Assembly (NCBI GenBank): GCA_023248495.1 | Contig: JAHFEK010000007.1 | Coordinates: 4,770 to 68,769, forward strand | Source of the DNA: Nitrospinales bacterium | GTDB taxonomy: Bacteria; Nitrospinota_A; UBA7883; JACRGQ01 | DNA length: 64,000 nt | Reading direction: 5' to 3' | Shown: positions 49,884-60,406 of the stretch, one piece after another | How positions within the stretch are numbered: position 1 is the first letter of the stretch | Layout of the letters: each line of letters begins with the position of its first letter | Notes under the pieces: generated by a model | The model's input: only the letters and a program-made list of their open reading frames with translations | What the model was told of the DNA's origin: nothing | The model's database searches: none | Position numbers and translations under genes: made by a program

Positions 49884-52094
49884 TTATTTCGTCCCTTTTG
49901 CCTTGGCGTCGTCCAGTTTTTTCTTCACGGCGGGGTTATTTTTAGCCTCAACCGAAACGGTGAAAGCGTCGGCCGCTTCGTCGAACTTGCCGAGGGTGCA
50001 AAGGATGTCGCCGAGGTGTTCATACACGGTGGCATCTTTTTCTTTCGTGTTGGCTATCGCTTTTTTAATGGTAACGTGCGCCAGATCCTTTTTTCCCTGC
50101 TGGTGATATATCCACGCGAGGGTGTCAAGGTAATATCCATTGTCCGCTTCCATCTCCAGGGCCCGGTGGATGAGCTGCAACGCCTCGTCCAGATTGCGGT
50201 TTTGCACCGCGTACAGGTAGGCGATGTAGTTCATCGCGTCGCCGTGGCTGGGATTTATTTCCAGTGTCTTGCGCATCGCGGTTTCGCATTTGTCGTATTC
50301 TTTCATTTTCTCGTATGTAGCCCCAAGATAGAAGGTGAAGTCGGCGCGCCCGGGGGCCAATTCGATCGCCCGGCTGATGCTTTTCACGGCGGCGGGATAT
50401 TTCTCCAATTTAACCAGTATCACGCCCATCAGATAGTGAATATCGGGATTATCCTTATTCTTCGCCAGCGCCTTTTCCAGCATTGCCCGCGTGTCTTCCA
50501 GCTGCCCCAGCTTTTCGTAAATGCTTCCCATGTGGACAAATATCTCGGCGGCTTCGTTATTGCCTATCTCCTTAACCAGTTCCCCCCAGACCTCCAGGGC
50601 TTCCCGGTGCATTCCCATCTCTTCGTAAATCCGGGCGATATAATACGGCGCCGTTTCGTTGGCGGGATCCTTCAGTCTCACCAGTTGGAATTTCTCCAGC
50701 GCGTCCTTCCATTCGCCGCGCTGGAAGTACAGCAACCCCATTTTGAGGGCCAAATCGTTGGTGCCGGCATCGCTTTTTTCGATTTCCTTGTACACGTCCA
50801 AGGCCTTGCCGTAATCCTTTTTCATCAGGAAGGCATTGGCCAGGCGCTGCCGCACCATTTCGTTTCCCGGATCCGTTTCCAGATATTTATTATAGGTATC
50901 GATGGCAAGGTCGTATTTTTCCTGGGTCAGATAGACCCACCCAAGCGTTTCATACGCCTTGGTGAATCCCGGGTATTTCTGGATGAGGGAGGTGAGGAAT
51001 TCCTCCGCCTTGAAGTACTGTTTCATCTCCACATAGGTCCGCGCGAGGTACAGGATGATTGCCTGCGATTGCGGATCTTCCTTCAGCGCCAGCAAAAGCT
51101 CCCGTTCGGCGTCATCGTAGCGTTTCATTTCCAGATAGTTCACCCCGAGGCTCAGGCGGATTTCGGTGCGCGCGGGATCCAGCGCAAGCGTTTTACGGAA
51201 ATATTTTTCGGCCTGCGTGTAGTTCTTGGAACTATGATAAATCCCGCCCAGCAACGCATTGAGCGGGGCAAAATCCGGATTGACGACCAGCCCTTCCTGG
51301 GCCGCGTCGATCGCTTCGCGGAATCTTCCCATCGCCAGCGCCGTGCGGCTCATGTCCAGATAAACGGCGACCGCGGCCGGATCGGCTTTTACCGCCTTGC
51401 GCAATTCCTCCAGGGCTTCGGGAAGCTTATTTTCATTTATCAGCATTTGCGCGCCGAGATAGTGCATATACCCTTGCCGCTCCCGCTCAGTCTTTTTCGC
51501 CGCATCGCCGGGCGAGGTCGCCGGCTGTTCCCCCGCGGCCATCGGCGCGGCTTCCGGCGGAGGCGGTTTGTGCGGGGACGTTCCGCCCGATGCGCAGGCC
51601 GACAGCACCGGCAAGAGGCAGGCGGCGGCAATTATCGCCGCGCATTTCCTGCCGCTGCACGCGCCGGCGCGGAATAGCCGTTCCAGCGATTCCCGAAGAT
51701 CCGGGTCGGCGGCATGTGCGGTGGCCGCGCTTATCTGTTTCTCGTCGGCCGCCGCGAGGGGGGTGGATGCCGGCCGCTCTGCGGCGGCGGGGAACGGCAG
51801 TCCGGGCCGATCGGCGAATTTCACGGTTACGGTTTGCACGTTGTTGTTTACTCCGATGACGTTGCGTGTTTTTTCCAGCACTTGCAGCCGGGCGTAGTTC
51901 AGCGGCTCGAGGAACGCCCGGTCGTGGACATGGATCACCAGCGTGTTTTTGGCGATGTACGCGGGATCGCATACCTCCGCCAGACGCTCGCCCACGATCG
52001 CGGGCCAGTGCGCGCTGATCTGGGCGAGAGTGGAAACATTTTGCAGCCTGACCGATTTAAGGGCGCGGTTCAGCGCGTCACGCAAGGGAATCAC
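49884..52094 (-). CDS. DciA (DUF721) domain fused in frame to a lipoprotein-signal/TPR protein
   Basis: N-terminal W.AIVGERLAEVC.P..I...TLVIHV DUF721 pattern; DPDLRESLERL; internal AAIIAAACLLPVLSA-C; many TPRs; no stop codon between the parts. Confidence 0.75.
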   Translation of the reverse strand: MIPLRDALNRALKSVRLQNVSTLAQISAHWPAIVGERLAEVCDPAYIAKNTLVIHVHDRAFLEPLNYARLQVLEKTRNVIGVNNNVQTVTVKFADRPGLPFPAAAERPASTPLAAADEKQISAATAHAADPDLRESLERLFRAGACSGRKCAAIIAAACLLPVLSACASGGTSPHKPPPPEAAPMAAGEQPATSPGDAAKKTERERQGYMHYLGAQMLINENKLPEALEELRKAVKADPAAVAVYLDMSRTALAMGRFREAIDAAQEGLVVNPDFAPLNALLGGIYHSSKNYTQAEKYFRKTLALDPARTEIRLSLGVNYLEMKRYDDAERELLLALKEDPQSQAIILYLARTYVEMKQYFKAEEFLTSLIQKYPGFTKAYETLGWVYLTQEKYDLAIDTYNKYLETDPGNEMVRQRLANAFLMKKDYGKALDVYKEIEKSDAGTNDLALKMGLLYFQRGEWKDALEKFQLVRLKDPANETAPYYIARIYEEMGMHREALEVWGELVKEIGNNEAAEIFVHMGSIYEKLGQLEDTRAMLEKALAKNKDNPDIHYLMGVILVKLEKYPAAVKSISRAIELAPGRADFTFYLGATYEKMKEYDKCETAMRKTLEINPSHGDAMNYIAYLYAVQNRNLDEALQLIHRALEMEADNGYYLDTLAWIYHQQGKKDLAHVTIKKAIANTKEKDATVYEHLGDILCTLGKFDEAADAFTVSVEAKNNPAVKKKLDDAKAKGTK

Positions 52095-52387
52095 AGTCCT
52101 GCTCCTATTATCAATATGGTTAGCCCATTCCATCCCTACAGCATAAAACGGATTGAGCTATTAGAACACGAAATACGCGGAAGGCTCAAGGATGCATGTG
52201 CCCGGAACGCCGGCGCGTTACCGGCGGCGACCGGGGGGGCGGGCCTGCCAGGCCATTGAACAGGCAACTGCTCATGGGCTTCGCTCCTTCTCTCTCTCTC
52301 CCCGCTCCGCGCATAGCGTGATAAACTTCAAGTCATGAAAATCTCAAAAGGGGCCGCGCTGCGCAAGGATCGGGGAGAACCGCTTGC

Positions 52388-52951
52388 GTGCTGAAGGCAA
52401 GCAAAAGCGGCCGTTGCCAATATCTCGCGTTCTTGCGCGGGATCAATGTTGGCGGCAATGCCGTCATCAAGATGGCCGATCTTAAGAAAGCCTTCGAACA
52501 AATGGGTTTCAGGAATGTGCGTACCCTGCTTGCCAGCGGGAATGTGATTTTTGAAGCCGATCATGCGGACAGGAAGGTACTGGCCGAAGAAATGGAAGCG
52601 GCGCTGAAAAAGAGTTTCAGCAAAGACATCAGCGTTATGGTGCGAAGCATGGACGACCTTAAAAAACTTCAATCATTAGAACCGTTCAAAGGGATCAAGG
52701 CAACGCCGGATACCCGGCTGTATGTGACATTCCTCCCTGGAAAGGCCAAGCCGCGGACCATCACCATTCCTTTTGCCACGCCCCAAAAGGAGTTCCGTAT
52801 TCTTCATGCGACATCCCTGGAAGTTTTCAGCGTGCTTGATCTTTCAAAGGGGAAAGGAACGACGGAGGCGATGAATATCCTGGAAAAAGAATACGGGAAG
52901 GGCGTAACAACGCGAAATTGGAATACCGTGCTGAAAGCGTTGAACGGCTAA
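52388..52951 (+). CDS. DUF1697 family protein
   Basis: AFLRGINVGG..KMADLK, TLLASGNVIF, TTRNWNT; start uncertain. Confidence 0.9.
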   Translation: MLKASKSGRCQYLAFLRGINVGGNAVIKMADLKKAFEQMGFRNVRTLLASGNVIFEADHADRKVLAEEMEAALKKSFSKDISVMVRSMDDLKKLQSLEPFKGIKATPDTRLYVTFLPGKAKPRTITIPFATPQKEFRILHATSLEVFSVLDLSKGKGTTEAMNILEKEYGKGVTTRNWNTVLKALNG

Positions 52952-53062
52952 TACCCCCTTCGCCCGTTCCCGCGCGCCGTCATGCACGCCAAGCCTGATG
53001 GCAACTTTGGGTTTTTCCCCTCCCCGGGTGGCGGGGGCCGGAAACGATCAGGATTTTCCGGC

Positions 53063-54418
53063 CTAGCCCGCCGCCGCCTGGTTCTTCAGGAAGGTTTCGA
53101 GGAAGCTGGTGCTCACCTTGCCGCTCTTGAATTCGGCGCTGTGCATGATCTTGTGCAGCAGCGGCACGGTGGTTTTCACGCCGGCGATGTGAATTTCCCC
53201 CAGCGCCCGCATCATCCGGTGTATCGCCTCATCGCGCGTGGCGGCGTGCACGATCACCTTGCCGATCATGCTGTCGTAATACGGCGGTATTTTGTAGCCC
53301 TGATAGATGGCGCTGTCCACCCGCACCCCGGGGCCGCCCGGCATGTACAGCTCCTTGATGGTGCCGACGGAGGGGAGGAATTTCTCCGGATCCTCGGCGT
53401 TCACGCGGCACTCGATGGAGTGTCCGGACATCTTGATGTCCTCTTGCTTAAACGAAAGCGGGAGTCCCGCCGCGACGCTGATCTGTTCCTTGATGAGATC
53501 GATGCCGGTGATGAACTCGGTGACCGGGTGTTCCACCTGTATGCGGGTGTTCATCTCCATGAAGTAGAAGTGGCCGCGCTCGTCCAGCAGGAATTCCAGC
53601 GTGCCGGTGGTGTAATAGTTGATGTGCCGGGCCAGCTTGAGGGCCGCCTCGGTCATTTTGTGGCGCAGCTTGGCGTCCAGCGCGGGGGATGGGGCCTCTT
53701 CGATCAGCTTCTGGTGGCGGCGCTGGATGGAGCAATCGCGCTCGAACAGATGCACCGCGTTGCCGTGCCTGTCGCCAATGATCTGCACCTCGACGTGGCG
53801 CGGGTTCAGGACATACTTTTCCATGTAGATGGTGTTATCGCCGAACGCGGCGCCCGCCTCGGCCTGTACCAGCCTGAGCTGGCTCCCGATATCGCTTTCC
53901 TCGCGGACGATGCGCATACCGCGGCCGCCGCCGCCCGCCGATGCCTTCAGGATAATCGGGAAGCCGATCTGCCTGGCGACTTCAATCGCCTGTTCTTCGG
54001 AGGTTAACGGCCCGTCGCTTCCCGGCACGGTGGGCACGCCCGCCGCCTTGGCGGTGTCTTTGGCCACGCTTTTGTTTCCCATCTGGCGTATCGCGTCGGG
54101 CGAGGGACCGATGAAGGTGATGTCGCATTCGCCGCAGACCTCGGCGAAACCGGCGTTTTCCGAAAGGAAGCCGTAGCCGGGGTGAATGGCGTCGCAGTTG
54201 GTCACTTCGGCCGCGGATATGAGCGAAGGGATTTTGAGGTAACTCTTGGAGGCTTCCGGCGGGCCGATGCAGACGCTTTGGTCGGCGAAGCGGACGGCGA
54301 GCGATTCGGTGTCGGCGGTGGAATGGGCCGCCACCGTGCGGATACCCATCTCCTTGCATGCCCGTATGATGCGCACCGCGATTTCGCCGCGGTTGGCGAT
54401 AAGTATTTTTTTAAACAT
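53063..54418 (-). CDS. accC: Acetyl-CoA carboxylase, biotin carboxylase subunit
   Basis: [53 protein letters not shown]. Confidence 0.98.
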   Translation of the reverse strand: MFKKILIANRGEIAVRIIRACKEMGIRTVAAHSTADTESLAVRFADQSVCIGPPEASKSYLKIPSLISAAEVTNCDAIHPGYGFLSENAGFAEVCGECDITFIGPSPDAIRQMGNKSVAKDTAKAAGVPTVPGSDGPLTSEEQAIEVARQIGFPIILKASAGGGGRGMRIVREESDIGSQLRLVQAEAGAAFGDNTIYMEKYVLNPRHVEVQIIGDRHGNAVHLFERDCSIQRRHQKLIEEAPSPALDAKLRHKMTEAALKLARHINYYTTGTLEFLLDERGHFYFMEMNTRIQVEHPVTEFITGIDLIKEQISVAAGLPLSFKQEDIKMSGHSIECRVNAEDPEKFLPSVGTIKELYMPGGPGVRVDSAIYQGYKIPPYYDSMIGKVIVHAATRDEAIHRMMRALGEIHIAGVKTTVPLLHKIMHSAEFKSGKVSTSFLETFLKNQAAAG

Positions 54419-54448
54419 GTCAGGTCCTTTCTAAAATGGAAGGGCCTG

Positions 54449-54937
<489 letters not shown>

Positions 54938-55000
54938 GTATTTCCCCTTTATGGGCGCATCGGCCATTTTTTTGGCCGGTTGCCAACCGGCCATCCCCCT

Positions 55001-55564
55001 TTATACCCGCGCGAGGTATTCCCCGGTCCGCGTATCGATTTTCAGTTTGTCGCCGACCGCGACAAAAAGCGGCACCTGAATGGAGGCTCCCGTGGAGAGC
55101 TTCGCCGCTTTGGTGGCGGTGCTGGCGGTATCCCCTTTAAAGCCCGGGTCGGTTTCCACCACCACCAACTCCGCGAATAGCGGAATCTCGAGGCTGATGA
55201 TAAGCCCGTTGTGGTACAGGATTTTCACCATGGTGTTTTCCTGCAGCCACTTCCAGCTGTCCCCCACCTGCTCTTCGGAGAGGAAAGTCTGCTCGTAACT
55301 TTCGTTGTCCATGAAATGGTACCCTTGCGAGTCTTTATACAGGTACTGCATTTGCCGGTCATCAAAATCCGGCACCTTGAATTCGTTTCCTTCCCGGACC
55401 GTCTGTTCCAGCAACTGTCCGGTTTTAAGATCCTTTATGCGCGCGCGGACAAACGCCCGTTTGTTGCCGGGGCTCACATGCTGTGCGCTGACCACGACGT
55501 ATAGCTTGCCCGCAAGCTCCACTTTCATCCCTGACCGCAAGGCGGTAATCTCCATTGTTTCCAA
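55001..55564 (-). CDS. efp: Elongation factor P with a non-canonical PGNK loop
   Basis: HVSPGNKRAFVR, QYLYKD, TDPGFKGDT, VPLFV, DTRTGEYLAR. Confidence 0.95.
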   Translation of the reverse strand: METMEITALRSGMKVELAGKLYVVVSAQHVSPGNKRAFVRARIKDLKTGQLLEQTVREGNEFKVPDFDDRQMQYLYKDSQGYHFMDNESYEQTFLSEEQVGDSWKWLQENTMVKILYHNGLIISLEIPLFAELVVVETDPGFKGDTASTATKAAKLSTGASIQVPLFVAVGDKLKIDTRTGEYLARV

Positions 55565-55705
55565 CTCCTTTTATGCAGAAATTCCGATATGAAGGCATAT
55601 TTTACCCGATTTTTGATTAAATTTGCGCAAAATATGCTAATAAATTGAAAGGCGAAATAATAACGAAAAAAATGAAGGTCTTGCCCTTGTTCAATTGGGA
55701 TCGAT

Positions 55706-57499
55706 CTACCGGCCCCGGTCGAAGAAGCGCCACAGCTCATCGCGCGAAAGCGAGAAAGCTATCGGGCGGCCATGCGGGCAGGTATAGGGCAGGGCGGTGC
55801 GGGCCAGCTCTTTCGCCAGTTCGGCGATTTCCCCGCGGTTGAGCGTCTCTCCCGCTTTCACCGCCGCGCGGCAGGCGATACGCGATACGCAATCGGCCGT
55901 CACGTCTTTATAATCCTCGTCCCGCCCATCCGCCAGCGTCTGCGCCATCTCCGTGATGATCGGGGGGAAGTCCTTTCCCTCCAGAATGGCCGGCACTTCC
56001 CGTATGACAAATTCCCTCTCGCCGAACTCTTCCAGCCCCCACCCCATATCGGCAAACGTTTTGAGATGGGCGCGGACAACCTCGGCAAGCCTCGGATCGG
56101 TTGAAAAGGTCACCGGCACCAATACCCCCTGCCGTTCCACCGCGTGTTCGAGGTAGCGCTTCATGAACCGCTCATAGAGAACCCGTTCGTGAACCGTGTG
56201 CTGATCCATGATGACGATCCGGTCTCCCTCTTCGAATAGGAGGAAAGTGTCGAACGCCTGCCCGATGACCGCGGCATCCGGCGAAAGCCGCCCATGCGCG
56301 TTTGCCAGGTGGATCTGTTCCGTTCCTTCCGCCGTGCCGTCCACCGAAGGAGCCGATTGCCGCTCCGGACGCCATAGTTCGAAGGTGCGGACGAATGCCG
56401 CTTTGCCCTCCCCCTGCGGGATCGGATCGCCGCCATGGGAGGGAAAATCGCCGTGTCCCTGCGCCGCGCCGCCAGTCGGCGCGTAGGCCGTGGCGGAACG
56501 CCCAAACGCGCCGCGTATTGCCCGTACCACCGCTTCCGAGACCTTGCCGGGGTCGGCCAAACGCACCTCCGTTTTCGCGGGGTGGACGTTCACATCCACC
56601 ACCTCGAGCGGCATCGAGATGTTGAGGAAGACCACCGGCTTGCGTCCCTTTGGCAAGAGGTCTTCAAAGGCCCGTAGCACCGCCGAGCGGATTTGCATGT
56701 CTTTCACCGGACGGCCGTTGATGAAAAAGTACTGATCGATGCCGGTGGCGCGGGTGAACTCCGGCTTGCCGACGAGGCCGGACACGGCGATGTTGAACTC
56801 TTTGTGCGCCACCGGGACGAGGTTCTGGGCGTATTCGGCCCCGAAAATCTGGCGCACCCTCTCAAGCGGCGTGGCGGCTGGGGGGAGTTCCAACACCCGA
56901 TTTCCGTCTTTGATAAAATTGAACCGCACCCCCGGCGCGCTGAGCGCCGCCTGCACCACCTTGGCGGTGATCTGGATCATTTCAGTGGCGTCGGAGCGGG
57001 TGAATTTTCGCCGTGCCGGGGTGTTGAAAAAAAGATTTTCGACCAGCACCTCGGTGCCTTTAAGGGGCGGCGCATCCTCGATCCTGAGCGTCTCCCCCCC
57101 TTCCACCACGATGCGCCGTCCCGCGGGGTTTCCCGCGCGGTGGCTGGTGAGGGTAAGACGGCTGACCGAACCGATGGAGGGCAGCGCCTCGCCACGGAAA
57201 CCGTATGTGCCGATGCCGAAGATGTCCGCCGTGTCCCCCACTTTGCTGGTGCCGTGGCGGCTAAGGGCAAGCGCCACTTCATTGGGCGCGATGCCGTAGC
57301 CGTCGTCCTTTACCCTGATGCGTCGGCGGGCAAGCGATATCTCAACCTCGATGGCGGCCGCATCCGCGTCAAGCGCGTTTTCCACCAGTTCCTTGACGAC
57401 GCTGGCGGGGCGCTCCACCACTTCGCCGGCCGCGATCTGGCTGGCCAGCGCCGGGGGAAGTATTTTTATTTGCGCAATATCGGTCGTCGATGGCGGCAT
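55706..57499 (-). CDS. mutL: DNA mismatch repair endonuclease MutL
   Basis: IAAGEVVERPASVVKELVENALDA, GFRGEAL, DVNVHPAK, DQHTVHER, CPHGRP. Confidence 0.98.
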   Translation of the reverse strand: MPPSTTDIAQIKILPPALASQIAAGEVVERPASVVKELVENALDADAAAIEVEISLARRRIRVKDDGYGIAPNEVALALSRHGTSKVGDTADIFGIGTYGFRGEALPSIGSVSRLTLTSHRAGNPAGRRIVVEGGETLRIEDAPPLKGTEVLVENLFFNTPARRKFTRSDATEMIQITAKVVQAALSAPGVRFNFIKDGNRVLELPPAATPLERVRQIFGAEYAQNLVPVAHKEFNIAVSGLVGKPEFTRATGIDQYFFINGRPVKDMQIRSAVLRAFEDLLPKGRKPVVFLNISMPLEVVDVNVHPAKTEVRLADPGKVSEAVVRAIRGAFGRSATAYAPTGGAAQGHGDFPSHGGDPIPQGEGKAAFVRTFELWRPERQSAPSVDGTAEGTEQIHLANAHGRLSPDAAVIGQAFDTFLLFEEGDRIVIMDQHTVHERVLYERFMKRYLEHAVERQGVLVPVTFSTDPRLAEVVRAHLKTFADMGWGLEEFGEREFVIREVPAILEGKDFPPIITEMAQTLADGRDEDYKDVTADCVSRIACRAAVKAGETLNRGEIAELAKELARTALPYTCPHGRPIAFSLSRDELWRFFDRGR

Positions 57500-57619
57500 A
57501 ACCCTCTTTTTGGCTACAATAGCCCTTCAACGATGGATGCTATACGCAACCGCCGGATATGTCAAGGGGATAATATACCCTGTGATAGTAATATTACAAC
57601 TTTACTGAGAGGGGGAGCG

Positions 57620-58345
57620 GTGGCCGGAAAAACAGATGTTCCGCCGAGACAGATGGCGATGCGGCTGCTGTTGCCGGAGGAAAAACTTTACGCGCTGAAC
57701 CGCTTTTATCCCGGCGTTGAAAACCGCGCCGCGCTCGCCGCGGCCCGCGCTTTTACCGAAAAAAGCCCCGCCGCTTTCGTCGTGGTGGGGCGGCGGCAAA
57801 GCGGCAAGACCCACCTGCTGAAGGGCATTCTGCTCAACTGGGAACGGGGGGCGTTTATCGACGCGGCGCCGCTGGCCGGATGGACGGAACGGGAGACCAC
57901 CCGGCTATTCAGGGAGGCCGCCGCTTTTCCGCTGATCTGCATCGACAACCTTGACGCCGTTCCCGCCCCTAAAAACCTGCATGAGGAGGTCTTCAACCTT
58001 TTCAATGCGCTTTCGTCCACCGGCGGCCATATCGCGGTGTCGATGAAAACCTCCCCCGCCAAGGCGGAAATGCCCGATTATCTCTCCAGCCGCCTGCTGA
58101 CCGGCATGGTGGTGACCTTGAAAAGGCCCGCCGACGAGGAGCGCGCGGACATTTTGCGGAAAATAGCGCAAGACCGGAGCATCGGCCTCACTCCCCGCGC
58201 GCTCGGCTACATTCTGGAACGGAGCGGCCGCTCCGTCGGCGACCTGCTGGCGCTCGTCGGGCGGCTGGAAAAGAGTTTTACGCCGGGGAGCAAACGTATC
58301 GGTTTACAACTTTTGAAACGCGTGTTAGATTCAGAAGTATCATGA
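57620..58345 (+). CDS. hda: Hda/DnaA-family AAA+ regulator
   Basis: GRRQSGKTHLL, LICIDNL, VFNLFN, YLSSRL; N-terminal QMAMRL clamp-motif-like; GTG start after a G-rich RBS. Confidence 0.75.
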   Translation: MAGKTDVPPRQMAMRLLLPEEKLYALNRFYPGVENRAALAAARAFTEKSPAAFVVVGRRQSGKTHLLKGILLNWERGAFIDAAPLAGWTERETTRLFREAAAFPLICIDNLDAVPAPKNLHEEVFNLFNALSSTGGHIAVSMKTSPAKAEMPDYLSSRLLTGMVVTLKRPADEERADILRKIAQDRSIGLTPRALGYILERSGRSVGDLLALVGRLEKSFTPGSKRIGLQLLKRVLDSEVS

Positions 58346-58743
58346 TATACAGACGTGGGGGCAAACCCGGCGGCGGTACCGATAAGCTTCACTTTGTCGA
58401 ATGCCCCGGCTGCGGTTGTCCCAACCGCCCCAGCGAGCAGAAATGCATGTATTGCCAAGCCGAGCTGCAAGGCCCCGCGGCCGCGCTCAAAGGCCATATC
58501 TACCCCTACCTGAACAACATTCGCGCGTTTTTGGTTTTTCAGCCGCCGACGGAGGAGGTCAAAGGATTTTTTAGATCCGGCTTCGCGTTGCTGCTCGCCG
58601 CCGTTTTCATCGGCCTCGGCGTGACGTTCGCCATCCGCGGCATGCGCCACGGCGGTTTTTTCAATTGGACGGTGTGCGCGCTTCTGCTGTTCTATGGCGG
58701 CGCCGCGTTGCGTAACGCCTGGGGCGGATTTTTCAGGAAATAA
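58342..58743 (+). CDS. Zinc-ribbon membrane protein
   Basis: CPGC..CMYC followed by two hydrophobic helices; ATGA overlap with hda. Confidence 0.7.
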   Translation: MIYRRGGKPGGGTDKLHFVECPGCGCPNRPSEQKCMYCQAELQGPAAALKGHIYPYLNNIRAFLVFQPPTEEVKGFFRSGFALLLAAVFIGLGVTFAIRGMRHGGFFNWTVCALLLFYGGAALRNAWGGFFRK

Positions 58744-59545
58744 CGAATCCGCCGTAGCCCACCACCGCGTCCCGCTTTCCCTCAATATCCCCCGACGTGG
58801 CGTAGCGTATGACCCCGAATTCCCGCGCGCCGTTCATGCGGGCGGCGGCCACAGCCACATAGACGGGGCCGGCGCCGCAGAGCGCCTGTTCCTCCAGGGC
58901 GCCGGCAAGTATGCTTTCCGGATCAAGCGATTTGAGCGTTTCGATCATCTTGCCGTCGATGGTTCGCGCCACCGTGTCGGGGAGGTAATGGGTCATGTCG
59001 GTGCTCGCCACCACCAGCGCCCCGGTTTCTTTCGCGCAACGGGCCACGGCGGAGGCCAGCGCCCCCAGTTTGCGCGGATCGTGCGTGCCGATGCAGAGGG
59101 GGACGATCTTCACGTCCGGGTTCCTGGCGAGAAGGAATGGCACGATCACTTCCAAGGAATGCTCATTTGCGTGGGCGGCGGCGTCTTCTTTCAATGACGG
59201 GCAGTGGTGGAGCAGGAGCGCGCCGGTCTCCCCGTCCACCGGTACGCCGCCGAATGGGAATTGCCACGCGTCATGCGGATCAAGCGCCAGCGGCGCGCCG
59301 ATTCCCCGGTGATTCGGCCCGATGAGAATCACCCGGCCGGGTACGGCGATGGCCGCGAAAAGGGCCCCCGCGACATGCCCGGAGTAATACCATCCGGCGT
59401 GGGGCGATATGGCGGCCAGCGGATGCGCGTCTCCCGGGGACCCGGCGCCGAGATAGCCGCGCAGATCATCCGCCATCGTTTGCGGATCGACGGGGTAGAA
59501 CATCCCCGCCACGGCGGCCGGGCGGATATTTTGAGATTTTTTCAT
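58733..59545 (-). CDS. AmmeMemoRadiSam system protein B (MEMO1 family)
   Basis: RPAAVAGMFYP, PHAGWYYSG, GPNH, EHSLEV, STDMTHY, VVGY. Confidence 0.93.
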   Translation of the reverse strand: MKKSQNIRPAAVAGMFYPVDPQTMADDLRGYLGAGSPGDAHPLAAISPHAGWYYSGHVAGALFAAIAVPGRVILIGPNHRGIGAPLALDPHDAWQFPFGGVPVDGETGALLLHHCPSLKEDAAAHANEHSLEVIVPFLLARNPDVKIVPLCIGTHDPRKLGALASAVARCAKETGALVVASTDMTHYLPDTVARTIDGKMIETLKSLDPESILAGALEEQALCGAGPVYVAVAAARMNGAREFGVIRYATSGDIEGKRDAVVGYGGFVIS

Positions 59546-59712
59546 GGCCGTACCTCAAAGGGACACATTTATCCCCCGTATCCACGATACGTCCGCTTTG
59601 CGGCGGTGTAAAGCATCAATGATAAAAATACACGGCTGTTTGACCACGGGATTCATGGCCGGAATTGCCCAAATTTTGAATCCGCACCCGCCGGTGGGGT
59701 AGAATATACCCT

Positions 59713-60393
59713 GTGTTGAAAAAGCTCTTTATACCTGCCCTCTGCGTAGCGGGGGCACTCTGGTTTTGCGCGGAAGCTTCGGCCGAATCATACAAGATGT
59801 ACCGGTACACCGATGCCGCCGGAAAGCGGCGTTTCACCAACTCCATGGATGACGTCCCGCCCGAATTCAGGCTTTCCGCCAGCGCGGTGATGGTGCTCAA
59901 GGAATCTCCGCCGTCCGAACCCGAGAATGGCGCCGCCAGGGAAAAAACCGCCGCCGCCGGCGCCGTGACCGTGCTCTCCCTCAATTTGGCCGCAACCGAA
60001 GATGGAAAATGCGGCTTCAGCGGCGAGGTGAAAAACGGACTGAACGGCAAGGCGGAGGATGTAAAGCTGCGTATCGAGATCAAAACAAAGAATGCCAAAA
60101 AAGTAATCGACGTCCCGGTGGGCGCGGACGGCGCGCTCAATGCCGGGGAAACGGCAAAAGTGACGCGGGTGGCCGACGTGCCCGCCGCGGATCTGTCCGG
60201 TTATTCCTACAGCGTCACATGGCGAACCGCGCGCGTGGAAGCCCCGCCCGCAAAGCCGGCGCAGGGGCAACCGGCGGCGGAGACCGCCGCGACGAAAGAA
60301 GCCCCGGCCGCGCAAACGCCTTCTGCCGAATCGCCAAAACGTTACCGCACCCGGAATCATCCCGCCGCGCCACCGGCTGGCGGGACAAAGTAA
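59713..60393 (+). CDS. Exported DUF4124-like protein
   Basis: Signal peptide; MYRYTDAAG.RRFTN..DVP; beta-sandwich-like middle; Ala/Pro tail. Confidence 0.7.
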   Translation: MLKKLFIPALCVAGALWFCAEASAESYKMYRYTDAAGKRRFTNSMDDVPPEFRLSASAVMVLKESPPSEPENGAAREKTAAAGAVTVLSLNLAATEDGKCGFSGEVKNGLNGKAEDVKLRIEIKTKNAKKVIDVPVGADGALNAGETAKVTRVADVPAADLSGYSYSVTWRTARVEAPPAKPAQGQPAAETAATKEAPAAQTPSAESPKRYRTRNHPAAPPAGGTK

Positions 60394-60406
60394 TCGCGCG
60401 GTTTTA

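Noticed and set aside
52290-52301. (TC)6 microsatellite
   Set aside because: Short, intergenic, and no evident link to a promoter
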